DNA of 47,021 nucleotides from Escherichia phage ChristineMuster_Bas80: sequence record PQ850597.1; one strand, 5' to 3'. Shown piece by piece: positions 46,930 to 47,021 of this stretch (position 1 is its first letter; each line of letters starts with the position of its first letter). The notes under the pieces were generated by a model. It saw only the letters and a program-made list of their open reading frames with translations, ran no database searches and was not told where the DNA came from. The position numbers and the translations under genes were made by a program.

Positions 46930-47021
46930 GCATAAAGTCTGGCAACTCGCCAAACAACACGAATTGGACGATTTTATCGCGAAGGTTGCCAAAACATTCC
47001 CTGACGCGCTTGAAGTCGTTC
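46916..47021 (+). CDS. Hypothetical protein, 3'-truncated by window edge
   Basis: ATG at 46916 overlapping the upstream ORF end; open to the end of the window. Confidence 0.3.
   Translation, partial: MQTTKHKVWQLAKQHELDDFIAKVAKTFPDALEVV

Overview
This 47 kb window reads as a nearly complete genome of a tailed dsDNA phage (siphovirus-like), probably of an enterobacterial host. The host inference rests on a lambda R-like endolysin, embedded Rz/Rz1 spanins, a Lar-like ORF, sigma70-type promoters and a DnaN-derived ORF ending in VVMPMRL. All calls come from reading the six-frame translations and the DNA by eye; no searches were run, so family names are recollections to be confirmed. Modules in order: HNH plus small and large terminase (1-2675), portal and Mu-F-like head protein (3897-6243), a lysis cassette (7946-9383), scaffold/decoration/major capsid (13676-16628), connector genes (20530-22032), major tail, chaperone and tape measure (22703-27190), distal tail and a pectate-lyase-like tailspike (28210-34874), a minus-strand replication/recombination block (34916-44160), an iteron-rich AT-rich candidate origin (44215-44740) and small early ORFs to the window end. 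The backbone is interrupted by many opposite-strand cassettes, each bracketed by hairpin terminators and divergent promoters. The most unusual items are a dnaN-derived mini sliding-clamp ORF split by an in-frame TAA inside a ParB-like/C5-methyltransferase operon, the iteron array, a promoter-associated motif (ATCTACRYC / TTGAYGTAGAT) present in more than 15 intergenic copies, a minus-strand tRNA-like gene (anticodon CAU) with a long structured leader, and a superinfection-immunity cassette inside the tail operon. No integrase, repressor or CRISPR array was seen.
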